Source of the DNA: Vulcanimicrobiota bacterium
Lineage (GTDB): Bacteria; Vulcanimicrobiota; Vulcanimicrobiia; Vulcanimicrobiales; Vulcanimicrobiaceae
DNA length: 64,000 nt
Assembly: GCA_963723515.1 (NCBI GenBank)
Contig: CAVRQT010000003.1
Span: 288,001-352,000, forward strand
Reading direction: 5' to 3'
Below are positions 20,984 to 32,123 of this stretch, piece after piece. A program made the translations under genes and the position numbers. Below the pieces are notes generated by a model, which did not search any database, had not been told where the DNA came from, and saw only the letters and a program-made list of their open reading frames with translations. How positions within the stretch are numbered: the stretch's first letter is position 1; every line of letters begins with the position of its first letter.

Positions 20984-21919
20984 TCAGACTGCGCCTCTCG
21001 CCACAATTGCGGCGGCATAACCGAGCGCCCCGCACGCGACCGTGACGGCAAACAGTAGGACGCCGCGTGCCGCGATTGCAACCGCTTGGACTGGATTGGC
21101 CGAATTGCCAATGGAGCGAGGCTGCTCCAGCGTTCTCCAGAGTGAGACGGCGACTGGGACTGCCCCCAGTGCGAAGTAACCAAAGGTTGCCGGAGCGACT
21201 CGCGTTGCTGCCGCGACGCCGGCCACGACAAAGATCGCTAACGAGCAAAATTCAATGATTCGCCGCGTGCTCGGCAAGCCGAACCGAACGAGCAGATTCA
21301 CTTTCCCACCGGCACAATCGGCATCGCGGTCGGGAACCTCAACGCAGAGCATCATTGCGAACATCGCGCACGCCGCCGGAATGGCACTCAGGAAAGCGCG
21401 CAGGTCCACGGTTCCCGTTTGTATCGAGTAAGCGAAAAGGGGAACGAGAATCGCAACGACGAGCGCCGTTGTCGCTTCGCCGAGGCCACGCGCGAGCAGA
21501 CGTGCCGGCGGCGCAGAGTACGACCAGGACAGAATGCCGATGGCGAGAGAGAGAGCGGTAGCGATCGGTGAAAAGCACATCGCCGTCCAGATCGTGGCGA
21601 GAAGTCCAAGGCTTGCTGCGCCAAGTGCAAGCCGCGCCGCAACAACCGGTGCAAACACGTCGCTTTGCAGCACGCCACTGCCGCCTGAAAACGGCGTGCG
21701 CACTACGCGCTCGTCGCACTCGCGGTCGAAGAAATCGTTGCTGTAGTGCGTCATCAGTTGAAAAGCCGCCACGGTGAAGAGCCCAAGGAGCGCGGCGGGA
21801 AGATTAAAACGGTAATGCTCGTATGCGGCGATCAGCGTTCCCAAGGCGACACACAAGATTCCACCGATGATGAACTTCAGCCGTGATAAACGAACGATCG
21901 CCCAAAGCGTTCTCACCAC
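20984..21919 (-). CDS. UbiA/MenA-family prenyltransferase
   Basis: NDFFDRECD, TPFSGGSG, YSAPP, EVPDRDAD; multiple TM helices. Confidence 0.85.
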   Translation of the reverse strand: MVRTLWAIVRLSRLKFIIGGILCVALGTLIAAYEHYRFNLPAALLGLFTVAAFQLMTHYSNDFFDRECDERVVRTPFSGGSGVLQSDVFAPVVAARLALGAASLGLLATIWTAMCFSPIATALSLAIGILSWSYSAPPARLLARGLGEATTALVVAILVPLFAYSIQTGTVDLRAFLSAIPAACAMFAMMLCVEVPDRDADCAGGKVNLLVRFGLPSTRRIIEFCSLAIFVVAGVAAATRVAPATFGYFALGAVPVAVSLWRTLEQPRSIGNSANPVQAVAIAARGVLLFAVTVACGALGYAAAIVARGAV

Positions 21920-21968
21920 GGTCGTGGCTTAAAGGGGGGCGCCCAAACTTCATTCAAAAGCACGCTTC

Positions 21969-22865
21969 GTGCAAGACCGCATCAGTGTCGGCTTTGTTGG
22001 CATTGGGACGATGGGTGAGCCGATGGTGCGCTGCCTCTTGCGTGCCGGCCATCAAGTCGTCGTCTCGGCGCATCGCAATCGTGAACGCGTCGAACGCGTC
22101 GTTGCAGAAGGTGCACGCGAGGCAAAGAATCCGGCAGCGATTGCCGAGCAGTGCGATTTTCTCATCACCTGTGTACCTGATGCACCGCAAGTTGAAGAAG
22201 CGATCTTCGCGACGGATGGCTTATTGAGCGGAGCGCACGGCACAAAAACCTTCGTTGATATGTCGACGATTTCACCGCTCGCAACGGTGCGCATCGCCGA
22301 GCGCCTCTCTAAAGATCGCCACCGTTTCGCCGATGCGCCCGTCAGCGGCGGCCCGGTTCGCGCAGCAGACGGATCGCTGACGATCATGCTCGGATGTGCG
22401 GATGAAGATGTGAGCGGCATCGTTGCGGTGTTGAAAGCCATGGGAAAGCCGAGCCACGTCGGGCCTGTTGGAATGGGCGAGACGGTAAAATTGACCAATC
22501 AGATTTTGATCGCCAACATCATGGTTGCGAATGCTGAGGCGCTCAGCTTCGCGCGAAAAGCCGGCGCCGATCCGAACGTCGTGCGCGAGGTGATCGCAAG
22601 CGCGACGGGCGCGAATTATTTGCTGCAAACATGGCTGCCGAAGACCTGGTTTGCCCAGAACTTTGAAGGCGGCTTTGCGATGGATTTACTGCGCAAAGAC
22701 CTAAACGCCGCCCTTGAAGCGGCTCGTACGATGAATCTTCCGATGCCCTCAACCGCGCTTGTCTCGCAGTTTTACACGGCCCAGGCTGCGAAAGGAGATG
22801 CCGCGCATGACTATAGCGCCGTCGCAAAGTTCTACGAACAGTTTACGCAAGATTCTCGTCGTTGA
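21969..22865 (+). CDS. 3-hydroxyisobutyrate/tartronate-semialdehyde dehydrogenase family
   Basis: GFVGIGTMG, DMSTISP, DAPVSGG, KLTNQ. Confidence 0.9.
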   Translation: MQDRISVGFVGIGTMGEPMVRCLLRAGHQVVVSAHRNRERVERVVAEGAREAKNPAAIAEQCDFLITCVPDAPQVEEAIFATDGLLSGAHGTKTFVDMSTISPLATVRIAERLSKDRHRFADAPVSGGPVRAADGSLTIMLGCADEDVSGIVAVLKAMGKPSHVGPVGMGETVKLTNQILIANIMVANAEALSFARKAGADPNVVREVIASATGANYLLQTWLPKTWFAQNFEGGFAMDLLRKDLNAALEAARTMNLPMPSTALVSQFYTAQAAKGDAAHDYSAVAKFYEQFTQDSRR

Positions 22866-23526
22866 CGATGAGTCGGCGATCTTGCAAACGCTGCGCTTCA
22901 ATCTGGAACGCAGCGGTTATGCCGTCTGCACGGCGTCCGACGGGCGAAGCGCGATCTCGACCGCCGCCCGCGAACAACCCGATCTGATCGTCCTCGATAT
23001 CATGCTTCCAGTCGTTGACGGCGTTGAAGTCTGTAAAGAGATCCGCAAGCACAGCGGCGTGCCGATTATCATGCTAACGGCCAAAGATCAAGAGATCGAT
23101 AAAGTTCTGGCACTCGAGCTCGGCGCGGACGATTACGTTACCAAGCCGTTTTCGCTCTACGAGCTGCTCGCACGCATCCGCGCACGATTGCGCCGCCAAC
23201 TTCCGATCGAGCTGCAAGCGCATGAGGAGCCGCTCATTGCCGGGGACATCACGCTCGATCCGGCGCGTCATCTGCTGACGGTTCGGGGCGAAGAAGTGAC
23301 GGTCGCGCCCAAAGAATTCGCGCTGCTGTGGCTGTTTATGGAGAACAGCGGCCGAGTCGTCACTCGCCAAACGATCCTGGATAAAGTTTGGGGCTACGAT
23401 TTTGAAGGCGAACAGCAAACGGTCAGCGTGCACGTGCGTTGGCTGCGTGAGAAGATCGAACGCGATCCCCGCAATCCGCGGCATATTCTGACCGTGCGCA
23501 GCCGCGGTTACATGTTCCGGGAGTAA
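22807..23526 (+). CDS. PhoB/PhoP-type response regulator; start uncertain
   Basis: Receiver plus winged helix (VHVRWLREKIE); directly upstream of a PAS kinase and pstCAB. Confidence 0.88.
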   Translation: MTIAPSQSSTNSLRKILVVDDESAILQTLRFNLERSGYAVCTASDGRSAISTAAREQPDLIVLDIMLPVVDGVEVCKEIRKHSGVPIIMLTAKDQEIDKVLALELGADDYVTKPFSLYELLARIRARLRRQLPIELQAHEEPLIAGDITLDPARHLLTVRGEEVTVAPKEFALLWLFMENSGRVVTRQTILDKVWGYDFEGEQQTVSVHVRWLREKIERDPRNPRHILTVRSRGYMFRE

Positions 23527-24717
23527 CCACGAACGCAGCTGATCTTGCCGCGTTAGCTGCACTCGGCGCGGGGGTTATCGCAGGCTACGCTCTCCGCTCC
23601 TTCTTCGCTCGAGAAGGGATAACGGAAACGCCGGCGCCTGTGCCATCGCCCAATCAGGATGCCTCCGAAGAGCGCTTCGACCGGCTCGTGCGCGCCTTAC
23701 CGCTCGGCGTCTTAATGCTCGATCGGCGCGCGCGCATTACTTTTGCCAATGACGCCGCGGCAGCGATTTTCAACTTTGACCGCCGTCGCGTCCTCGGTCA
23801 ACATGTCATCGAGCCAATTTCATCCTTAGATCTCGAGCGTCGCGTTGAGGATGCGCTTGGCGGGTGAAGCATCGCTTGGGCCGTTGATTTTAGCGGCCAA
23901 AGGCCGCAACAGGACGTACGGGATTTCGGTTTATCCGCTTACCGAGAGCGACTCACGGCACAGGACACCAGACGATACATGGTGCGCTGATCCTCGCCGA
24001 AGATCAAACGGAACTCTTGGCGATGGAGCGTGCACGCCAAGAATTTCTCTCGAATGTCTCGCATGAACTTCGCACGCCGCTTTCATCCGCGAAATTGATG
24101 CTCGAGACGGTTATCGCCGCGCCGGAAGATGAAGCGCGGGAAATGTTTTTGCCGCAAGTACTCGGCCAGATTGACCGGCTCGGCGCGCTCGTTGAAAAAC
24201 TTGTCGAACAGGCGCGCGCGCAATCGGGCGACATGCCGCTCAAAGTTGAGCGTCTCGAGCTGGAGACGATCGTCGCGCCGATCGTACAAAGTTTGCAGCA
24301 GCAAGCCGAAACGAAGGGCATCTCGCTTAGGCATGGAAACAAAAACAAATCCGCGCGTTGATGTCGATCGCGATCGTATCTCGCAAGTCGTCGTCAACCT
24401 CGTAGACAATGCTTTACGTTACACGCGAAGCGGGCGGAAAGATCGCCGTGATGCTTTCATCCGAAAAAGATGAAGCGCTCATCACGGTCGCAGACAGGGG
24501 CATCGGTATCCCTTACAGGGATTTGCCGCATATCTTCGAGCGCTTCTATGTTGTCGATCGCTCGCGCGCTCGCGAAGTCAGCGGCGCCGGGCTCGGTCTT
24601 GCGATCGTCAAGCAAATCATCGACGCGCACAAGGGCTCGATCGCCGTCGAATCGCGTCTGGGCCGCGGCACGAATTCATCTGCCGCCTGCCGCTCGCTTC
24701 TTCTTAAGATTTGTTAA
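23523..24717 (+). CDS. phoR: PhoR-like PAS histidine kinase; several apparent frameshifts, start approximate
   Basis: PAS fragment, FLSNVSHELRTPL, NLVDNALRY, FERFYVVDRSRAR, GAGLGLAIVK. Confidence 0.8.
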
Positions 24718-24751
24718 CATAACGTTAAGGTGGCCTTAGCCAGGTCTTAAG
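24703..24751 (+). promoter_or_regulatory. Pho-box-like array upstream of pstC
   Basis: TTAA/TTAG at 24704, 24714, 24725, 24736, 24747 (spacing 10, 11, 11, 11). Confidence 0.75.
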
Positions 24752-24755
24752 TAGC

Positions 24756-25652
24756 ATGAAGAGACCTGTGATCGCGAGCACGCCCACCCGCGCACACCTT
24801 CAAAACACTATCGCTCGGGCGGTGCTTTTTGCGGCTAGCGCGCTTGTGATCGTCGCAATGGCGGCCGTCGTTCTGTATCTCGCGTCCGAAGGGACGCGTC
24901 TCTTTTTTTCAGACCATATTTCGCCGCTCGCGTTTTTGGGCCGGCTCTCATTCGATCCGGATAATCGCATGCCGGGCGCGCTCGTCTTTATCATCGGCTC
25001 GCTCGGCGTGACGCTTTTCGCAATTCTTGTCGGCGGCCCGTTCGGGGTTGCGGTCGGCATTTTTCTCTCGCAGCTGGCGCCGCAACGACTCGCCGCATTC
25101 ATGAAGCCGGCAATAGAGATTCTCGTCGGCATTCCGTCCGTCGTCTACGGATGGCTCGGTTTGACGCTGCTCGCGCCTTTCACCCGCCAACATTTCGGAA
25201 GTCAAACCGGCTTTGGACTCCTGACCGCTGGGATCGTGCTCTCAATCATGATTTTACCGACCGTCATCTCGCTTTCCGAAGATGCGCTGCACGCCGTTCA
25301 CGCATCGATGAAAGAAGGTTCGATGGCGCTTGGTGCGACGCGCTGGCAGACGATCTTCCACGTGCTCTTGCCCGCCGCGCGCAGCGGGTTGACCGTTGCG
25401 ATCATCCTCGGCATCGCGCGTGCAATCGGCGAAGCTCTCGCGGTGCAAATGGTCATCGGCAATAGTGCGGTGTTGCCGAAAGGGCTACTCAGTCCGACGT
25501 CAACCTTGACGACGGAGATCGTAACCGATATGGGAAGCGCACAAGCCGGTTCGGTCATGCAGCATGCGCTCTTCTCGATGGCGTTCTTGCTGCTGATCAT
25601 CGCCATGCTGTTGATCGTCGGCGTTCGCACCGCGCTGCGGCGGTCCGCATGA
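24756..25652 (+). CDS. pstC: Phosphate ABC transporter permease
   Basis: GIPSVVYG, MILPTV, ALGATRWQT, ARAIGE. Confidence 0.93.
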   Translation: MKRPVIASTPTRAHLQNTIARAVLFAASALVIVAMAAVVLYLASEGTRLFFSDHISPLAFLGRLSFDPDNRMPGALVFIIGSLGVTLFAILVGGPFGVAVGIFLSQLAPQRLAAFMKPAIEILVGIPSVVYGWLGLTLLAPFTRQHFGSQTGFGLLTAGIVLSIMILPTVISLSEDALHAVHASMKEGSMALGATRWQTIFHVLLPAARSGLTVAIILGIARAIGEALAVQMVIGNSAVLPKGLLSPTSTLTTEIVTDMGSAQAGSVMQHALFSMAFLLLIIAMLLIVGVRTALRRSA

Positions 25653-26560
25653 CTTCGACAGCCCAACAGCGGTTGCTCGAGACGCGAGGATTGGTCGCGG
25701 CGCAGCGCCGCGTTGCGGATTTCGTTGCGACGATTCTGCTGTGGGCCGCGGCGTGCAGCATTTTGCTGCTGCTTGCATTTTTTATCGGCTATCTCTCTTA
25801 TCTCGGCGTCGGTGTGGTGAACTGGCATTTCTTGACCGCTCCGCCCAGTGAGATCTCGGCCGGCGGCGGCATCGGACCGCAGATCTTCAATTCGTTTTAC
25901 ATCCTCTTTTTAACGCTGATCTTCACCGTGCCGATCGCGATGGGCGCGGGCATCTACCTTCAAGAATACGCGCGGCCCGGCGCTTTCACGACCACCGTCC
26001 AATTCTGCGCGGAATCGCTCGCGACGATTCCGTCGATCGTGATGGGGCTTTTCGGCTTGATCGTCTTTGTGACGCTCCTGCACTGGCATTTCACGGCGCT
26101 GGGCGGCGCGCTCACTTTGACGTTGCTAAATCTGCCTGCGCTCATGCGCGTCACGCAAGAAGGGCTCGCGAGCGTGCCGCTGATTCTGCGGGAAGGCTCG
26201 ATGGCGCTCGGCGCGACGAAATGGCAAACGATCCGCCGCGTCGTGCTTCCGAGCGCAATCTCGCCGCTGACAACCGGAATCGTCTTAATCGCCGGACGCA
26301 TCTTCGGTGAGACCGCCGCACTGATCTATACCGCCGGCGTGAGCGTCAGCGCGGGACGCAGCGCGTACGATTGGAATCCCTTTCATACCGCGGAAACGCT
26401 GTCCGTGCATCTGTGGTACACGCATTCTGAAGGTCTTGTCCCTGATGCAGCGCGTATTGGAAACGGCTGCGCACTCGTTCTGTTGGTGATGATCTTGGCA
26501 TTTAACATCTTGGCTCGCGTCTTGGGACGGCTCTTGAGCCGGCGTTTGACCAGCAAGTGA
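25649..26560 (+). CDS. pstA: Phosphate ABC transporter permease
   Basis: [26 protein letters not shown]. Confidence 0.93.
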   Translation: MTSTAQQRLLETRGLVAAQRRVADFVATILLWAAACSILLLLAFFIGYLSYLGVGVVNWHFLTAPPSEISAGGGIGPQIFNSFYILFLTLIFTVPIAMGAGIYLQEYARPGAFTTTVQFCAESLATIPSIVMGLFGLIVFVTLLHWHFTALGGALTLTLLNLPALMRVTQEGLASVPLILREGSMALGATKWQTIRRVVLPSAISPLTTGIVLIAGRIFGETAALIYTAGVSVSAGRSAYDWNPFHTAETLSVHLWYTHSEGLVPDAARIGNGCALVLLVMILAFNILARVLGRLLSRRLTSK

Positions 26561-27348
26561 TTTCATCAACACTTGCGCCGCCCGAAGTTGCGCCGGCCTG
26601 CAAACTGCAGGTCGAAGATCTCAACGTCTACTACGGGGATTTCCAGGCCATCAAACATGCCTCGCTCGACGTTCCGGAGAATCGTGTTACCGCGCTTATC
26701 GGGCCTTCAGGGTGCGGAAAGACGACGTTTATCCGCGCGCTCAATCGGATGCACGATCTTTCTCCAAACGTGCGCGTTGAGGGCAAGGTGTCACTAGACG
26801 GCGAGGACATCTATGCGCGCGACGTCGATCCCGTCGCGATCCGCCATCGAATCGGCATGGTCTTTCAACGGGCTAATCCGTTTCCGAAATCGATTTTCGA
26901 AAACGCCGTCTACGGTCCGAGGATCCATGGAATCGGCTCGCGACGTCAACTGGCCGAGATCTGCGAACGAAGCTTGCGGCGGGCCGCATTATGGGATGAA
27001 GTCAAGGATCGTTTGAATCGGTCTGCGCTCGATCTTTCCGGCGGCCAGCAGCAACGCTTGTGCATCGCGCGCGTGCTGGCAGTCGAGCCGGAAGTGATCC
27101 TGATGGATGAACCGGCCTCCGCGCTGGACCCGATTGCGACGTCAAAGATCGAGGATCTCATCGTCGAACTCAAAGACGACTTTACGGTCGTCATCGTCAC
27201 GCACTCAATGCAGCAGGCGGCTCGCATCTCCGATTTCACCGCATTCTTTTTGATGGGCGATTTGATCGAAGTCGGCACGACTTCGGAGATCTTCACGAAA
27301 CCTAAGGACAAGCGAACCGAGGATTACATCACCGGCCGTTACGGTTAG
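26557..27348 (+). CDS. pstB: Phosphate ABC transporter ATPase
   Basis: [36 protein letters not shown]. Confidence 0.95.
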   Translation: MISSTLAPPEVAPACKLQVEDLNVYYGDFQAIKHASLDVPENRVTALIGPSGCGKTTFIRALNRMHDLSPNVRVEGKVSLDGEDIYARDVDPVAIRHRIGMVFQRANPFPKSIFENAVYGPRIHGIGSRRQLAEICERSLRRAALWDEVKDRLNRSALDLSGGQQQRLCIARVLAVEPEVILMDEPASALDPIATSKIEDLIVELKDDFTVVIVTHSMQQAARISDFTAFFLMGDLIEVGTTSEIFTKPKDKRTEDYITGRYG

Positions 27349-27384
27349 GCGTTCTCGCCGCCGAGTTTGGGTACACTCATTGCC

Positions 27385-28237
27385 GTGAGCGACACTCTTC
27401 CGGCCCAACATCAAGATCGTCAACCCGGCTTGCAAACCGAGATGCGGCCTCAGCCGCGGACCGACCGCCCGGAACGGCGCGGCGCGCAGAAACTCCAAGA
27501 TCGAGTCGTCTTGATCACGGGCGGCGATAGCGGAATCGGACGCGCCATTGCGGTCGCTGCCGCGAAAGAAGGCGCGAATATCGCCTTCATCTATCTCAAT
27601 GAACATCAAGATGCGCAAGAGACGCGACGTTTGGTCGAAGAGCTCGAGCGTCCATCGTTCTCCGTCGCAGGCGACGTCGGCGATGAGAACTTCTGCCGCA
27701 GGTGCGGTGCGAACAGACCGTGCAGCGGTTCGGCAAGCTCGACGTTCTGATCAACAACGCCGGCGAGCAGCATCCGCAAGAGAACGTTGAAGAAATCACG
27801 CGCGAGCAGATCGAGCGCACCTTTCGAACGAATATCTTTGCGCAATTTTTCATGGTCAAAGCGGCGTTGCCGCACTTGCAGAAGGGCGCGTCAATCGTCA
27901 ACATTGCCTCGGTAACCGCTTATGAAGGCAATCCGCGGCTGATCGATTACTCGGCGACGAAGGGCGCGATTGTTTCATTTACGCGCGCGCTCTCAAACGC
28001 TATTATCGAGCGAGGCATTCGTGTCAATGCGGTCGCGCCGGGGCCGATTTGGACGCCGTTGATTCCAGCGACATTTCCAGCCGATAAAGTCAAAGAATTC
28101 GGCAAGGATACGCCGATGAAGCGGCCGGGCCAACCGATGAGGTGGCGGCCGCCGTCATTTTCCTCGCCTGCGACGACGCATCGTACATCTCCGGCCAGAC
28201 GTTGCACGTCAACGGCGGACAGGTCGTCAATAGTTAA
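27385..28237 (+). CDS. SDR oxidoreductase (YdaD/YhdF general-stress type); apparent frameshifts
   Basis: ITGGDSGIGRA, NNAGEQH, DYSATKGAI, APGPIWTPL. Confidence 0.85.
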
Positions 28238-28238
28238 C

Positions 28239-28613
28239 ATGCCGCGCGCTACGTGGAAACCTCACGAAAAGCATGGCGAGCTGACCGAACGCGGTGATCT
28301 GCCCGATAGCGTCTTCGCCTATCCGAAGAAACGCAAAGAGCCGATGACGGATGCCTCGCATGTTCGCAACGCGATCGCGCGCTTCGATCAGGTGACCGGC
28401 GTTTCGGACGAAGAACGCGCTCAGGCCTTTGCAAACATCAAGAAAGCCGCCAAGCATTACGGCGTCGAGATGTCCGAAGATAAGTGGAAAGAGCTCGGCC
28501 GGCGTCCGAGCACGGCCGAACGCGCGAAGATCGCAAACGATCGGCACGCAAAGCGGCTCGCACGCGCAAGAAGAAGACGCGCAAGAAATCGCGCTAGCGT
28601 TTACTTAAACTAA
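28239..28613 (+). CDS. Small hypothetical protein (DUF6582-like); end uncertain
   Basis: DLPDSVFAYPKKRKEPMTDASHVRNAIARFDQV. Confidence 0.7.
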   Translation: MPRATWKPHEKHGELTERGDLPDSVFAYPKKRKEPMTDASHVRNAIARFDQVTGVSDEERAQAFANIKKAAKHYGVEMSEDKWKELGRRPSTAERAKIANDRHAKRLARARRRRARNRASVYLN

Positions 28614-28632
28614 CCTTAACTGGGTCTTAACG
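28604..28632 (+). promoter_or_regulatory. Pho-box-like array upstream of porin-pstS
   Basis: CTTAA at 28604, 28615, 28626 (exact 11-bp period). Confidence 0.75.
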
Positions 28633-28692
28633 TAGCTCGCTTACACTAAGCGCGTTGCTGCCCTATTTCTCACAAGGAAGAGCTAACGTGCT

Positions 28693-30141
28693 ATGTGCTT
28701 GCCGCGTTCTTTGCTGGTCGTGCCGTTTTTCGTGTGTTGCGCCACTGCGATCGCCTCAGCGCAGTCGACGCCCTCGCCTGCACCAACGGTGAGACCGGCC
28801 AGCGCGCCGCTATCGCCATACGGCTTTCATTATAGCGGAAATGCGCGCATTTATTATTTCACCCGGACCAATCGCGTCGGCGTCAATTCTTCGGCTTTCA
28901 ACACCGAAGCCAAGCTCCACGGCGAATATACATTTCCCGGCACTCCTTGGACGGTCGGCGCAACGTACTTCGGCGCGGAGCCCTTTGGAGCGAACGGGCA
29001 AAATCCGGGCTTCAACAAGAAAGTCGACGACACGCTTCCGGGCTACGCCTTGAGTCTGCTCGGCGAATATTACCTGCAGTACAAGACGAAATACGCGTTC
29101 GGATCACCGGTCGAGAGATCATCAACACGCCGTGGGCAAACCCCTCTGATTCACGTCTCGTGCCCGGTCATCTTTCAAGGGACAGCCGTGAGCTTCAACG
29201 TCACACCGCAGACGACGCTCGGAGCGATGTACATGGCGCGCTTCCGGCATCGCACGTCGTCTTCGTTCGAATCGAATACACTCTTAACGAGCTGTGACGA
29301 TACGGCCTCGGGTGTTCCGGGCGATCCCTGCAATCCGCAATTTACGACGAAAGGGTTCTTGTTGATCCAGGGGACGCAGAAGTTCAGCAACCAATTCACG
29401 CTCAACGCGTACAATTACCAGATCTACGACATCATCAACTTGCTGCACCTCGACACAAAGTTCAACTACGCGCCGAACTCGCCGCTGAACCCGTTCGTCG
29501 CAATGCAGTACATCGCTGAAAACAACACCGGCGCTTCCGACATCGGCGTCGTCAAGAACCACACGTTCGGCTTTCAGTTCGGAGCAAGTGCGAGTAAAGA
29601 GATCGATCTGGCGCTAAGCTTCAACACATCGCCGGTTGAGACGTTCACCTTAAGTAAGGCGTCATTGTGCGGGAATGGCGCCGGAAAGTTTGCTCCCAAA
29701 CTCGACGGCATTTTCGGTGGAGGCGTCGGTGGCAGCGTACCTGGTGCCCTAAAAGGAACCGTCTATTGTTACGGCGGTGGCCTAGCATCGCCATACACCG
29801 ACAGCTACGCAACGGATCCGCTTTACACGACGACCATCACGCAAGGCTTGGCCGATACACACAAACCCGGCTATGCGGAGAAGATCGGCGGCACATTTCA
29901 GACGCCGAATCACAGGTTCCGGCTCATTCTGGCGCAGGGTTGGTACAACTACACGCTTCCATCCGCCGCTACGGATCGCCGCCGCGAGTTTAACGCCGAT
30001 TTCACGTACTTCTTCAACCCGGTCGACCCGAATAAGCCCTATCATGGCTTAGCGATCCGTCATCGTTACGCCGATCGCGTTCAACTGAGCGCACCGTTTG
30101 ATTTCAAATACAACCGAACCCAACTCGAGTACACATTCTAA
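28693..30141 (+). CDS. Outer-membrane porin (OprD-like), probably phosphate-starvation induced
   Basis: Signal peptide, beta-strand pattern, terminal RTQLEYTF; between the Pho box and pstS. Confidence 0.75.
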   Translation: MCLPRSLLVVPFFVCCATAIASAQSTPSPAPTVRPASAPLSPYGFHYSGNARIYYFTRTNRVGVNSSAFNTEAKLHGEYTFPGTPWTVGATYFGAEPFGANGQNPGFNKKVDDTLPGYALSLLGEYYLQYKTKYAFGSPVERSSTRRGQTPLIHVSCPVIFQGTAVSFNVTPQTTLGAMYMARFRHRTSSSFESNTLLTSCDDTASGVPGDPCNPQFTTKGFLLIQGTQKFSNQFTLNAYNYQIYDIINLLHLDTKFNYAPNSPLNPFVAMQYIAENNTGASDIGVVKNHTFGFQFGASASKEIDLALSFNTSPVETFTLSKASLCGNGAGKFAPKLDGIFGGGVGGSVPGALKGTVYCYGGGLASPYTDSYATDPLYTTTITQGLADTHKPGYAEKIGGTFQTPNHRFRLILAQGWYNYTLPSAATDRRREFNADFTYFFNPVDPNKPYHGLAIRHRYADRVQLSAPFDFKYNRTQLEYTF

Positions 30142-30167
30142 TGCGATCTTTACAAATGGAGTGTCAA

Positions 30168-30970
30168 ATGCTCAAGTCTATTGCGGCCTCTGCGCTGCTG
30201 GCAATCTCGTTCGCGCCGTTTGCCGCGCAAGCTGACGACCAATCTGACCATTGCAGGCTCAACGGCGCTCTTGCCGCTGGTCAAAGAAGCCGCGCAAAGC
30301 TATCAATCGAGCCACCCAACCCTCAAGATCTCCGTCTCGGGTGGCGGCTCCTACGTCGGCATAAGCCAGGCGATGTCGAAATCAATAGACATCGGCGATT
30401 CTGACGTGATCGCACCTGGAAACAGCGGCTTACGCGATCACAAAGTGGCGGTTGTTGGTTTCGGCATCATCGTCAATCCCGCGACCGGCGTAACGGAGCT
30501 TTCCAGAAAGCAGATTCGCGATATCTTTGCCGGACGCATCAACAACTGGAAGCAAGCCGGCGGCAAGGATCTCGCAATCACCGTCATCAATCGCCCGCGT
30601 TCTTCCGGAACGCGCGCCGTCTTCACCGCGACGTTGATGGGGACGTCCAAGATCGCAGAAGGGCAAGTCGAGGATAGTTCCGGTCAAGTCGTTACGACAG
30701 TGGCCACGCTTCCCGGGCGCGATATCGTACGTTGCCTCCGCGTACACGCGCGGCAAGAACGTCAATGTGGTCAAGATCGATCGCGTCGCGCTGACCGACG
30801 AGAACCTGCGCAGCGGCAAATATCCGTATCTGGTCGTACGAGCATATGTTCACGCATTCCGGCAGTCCGCGAGAGGCGGAAGATTTTATCGCATACGTTG
30901 CTCGCAGCAAGGACGTTCTGGAAAAACTTGGTTACATCGTCGTTTCCAGCATGAAAGTTGCGGAAAATAA
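30168..30970 (+). CDS. pstS: Phosphate-binding protein; apparent frameshifts
   Basis: IAGSTALLP, SGGGS..G, DIGDSD, NRPRSSGTR. Confidence 0.88.
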
Positions 30971-31086
30971 CCGCTAATCGATAACGGCCGAGGTCGCGCC
31001 CTGCAGCCCTGAGAATACCAGGGCGCGATGGCCCTCCCCACGCGCGAGCGGCTGCTTAGCGGCAGCATAACTTCGCAGCTTCCCGG

Positions 31087-32123
31087 ATGATGACGGCGTT
31101 GCGCAAAGTCGCGCCCGAGCCGGGTTTCGCGCTTGAAGAGATACCGCTGCCGCAAATCGGTTCGACCGATGTTCTGATTCGCGTGCAGATGGCGGGCGTT
31201 TGCGGTACGGATCTGCACATCTACGAGTGGGATCGGTGGGCGCAACATCGCGTGCATCCGCCGCTCACTGTCGGCCATGAATTCATGGGCGTCGTGGCCG
31301 CCGTTGGTTCGGAGGTTGACGCATTTGCGCCCGGAGATCGCGTTTCGGCCGAGGGACACATTGCGTGCGGCGTATGCGCGCTCTGTCGCACCGGTGAAGC
31401 GCACATCTGCAAGGAACTACGCGTCATCGGAGTTGACCGCGACGGCGCCTTTGCGCAATACATCGCGATGCCGCAGCAAAACGTTTGGAAACTCGACGCC
31501 ACGATTCCCGATCAGTACGCCGCGATATTTGATCCGCTGGGAAACGCCGTGCATAGCGTCATGGCGGCGGGCGTGAGCGGAAAGAGCGTTGCGATTACCG
31601 GTGCCGGTTCAATAGGACTCATGGCGGTTTGTGTGGCGCGAGCGGCCGGTGCATCGTCGATCTTCGCGATTGACGTTCGACCGGAGAAGCTAGAGCTTGC
31701 GAAGCGGATTGGCGCCGACGAAACGTTCTTAGCCGGCGATGCGCATTGGATCGATAAGGTCCGCGACGCGCACTGATGGTCATGGGGTTGACGTGCTCCT
31801 TGAGATGTCCGGCAGCGCTGCAGCGATCGAGCAAGGGTTGACGGTCATGCGCAACGGCGGCCGAGCGGCATTGCTCGGTTTGCCGAATGAGAAGATCGAG
31901 CTCGATATCGCGGAGCTCGTGATTTTTAAAGGCGCTTACGCTGCTCGGCATCCATGGCCGAAGGATGTTCGAGACGTGGTATCAGATGCAACGCATGGTG
32001 AGAAATAAACGGATCGATCTCAAGCCGATCATCACGCACGTTTTGCCGCTGGAGTCGTTCGATGAGGCGTTCACGTTGCTCAAGTCCGGAAACGCGGCCA
32101 AGATCATCTTCGATCTGCGATGA
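31087..32123 (+). CDS. tdh: L-threonine 3-dehydrogenase; apparent frameshifts
   Basis: CGTDLHIYEWD, GHEF, CGVCALC..C, DPLGNAVH; adjacent to kbl. Confidence 0.9.

Noticed and set aside
27702..28613. SDR fused to a DUF6582-like protein, as in the ORF track
   Set aside because: A frameshift near 28135 explains it; the SDR's own tail (GQTLHVNGGQVVNS*) ends at 28237 and the next ATG is at 28239.
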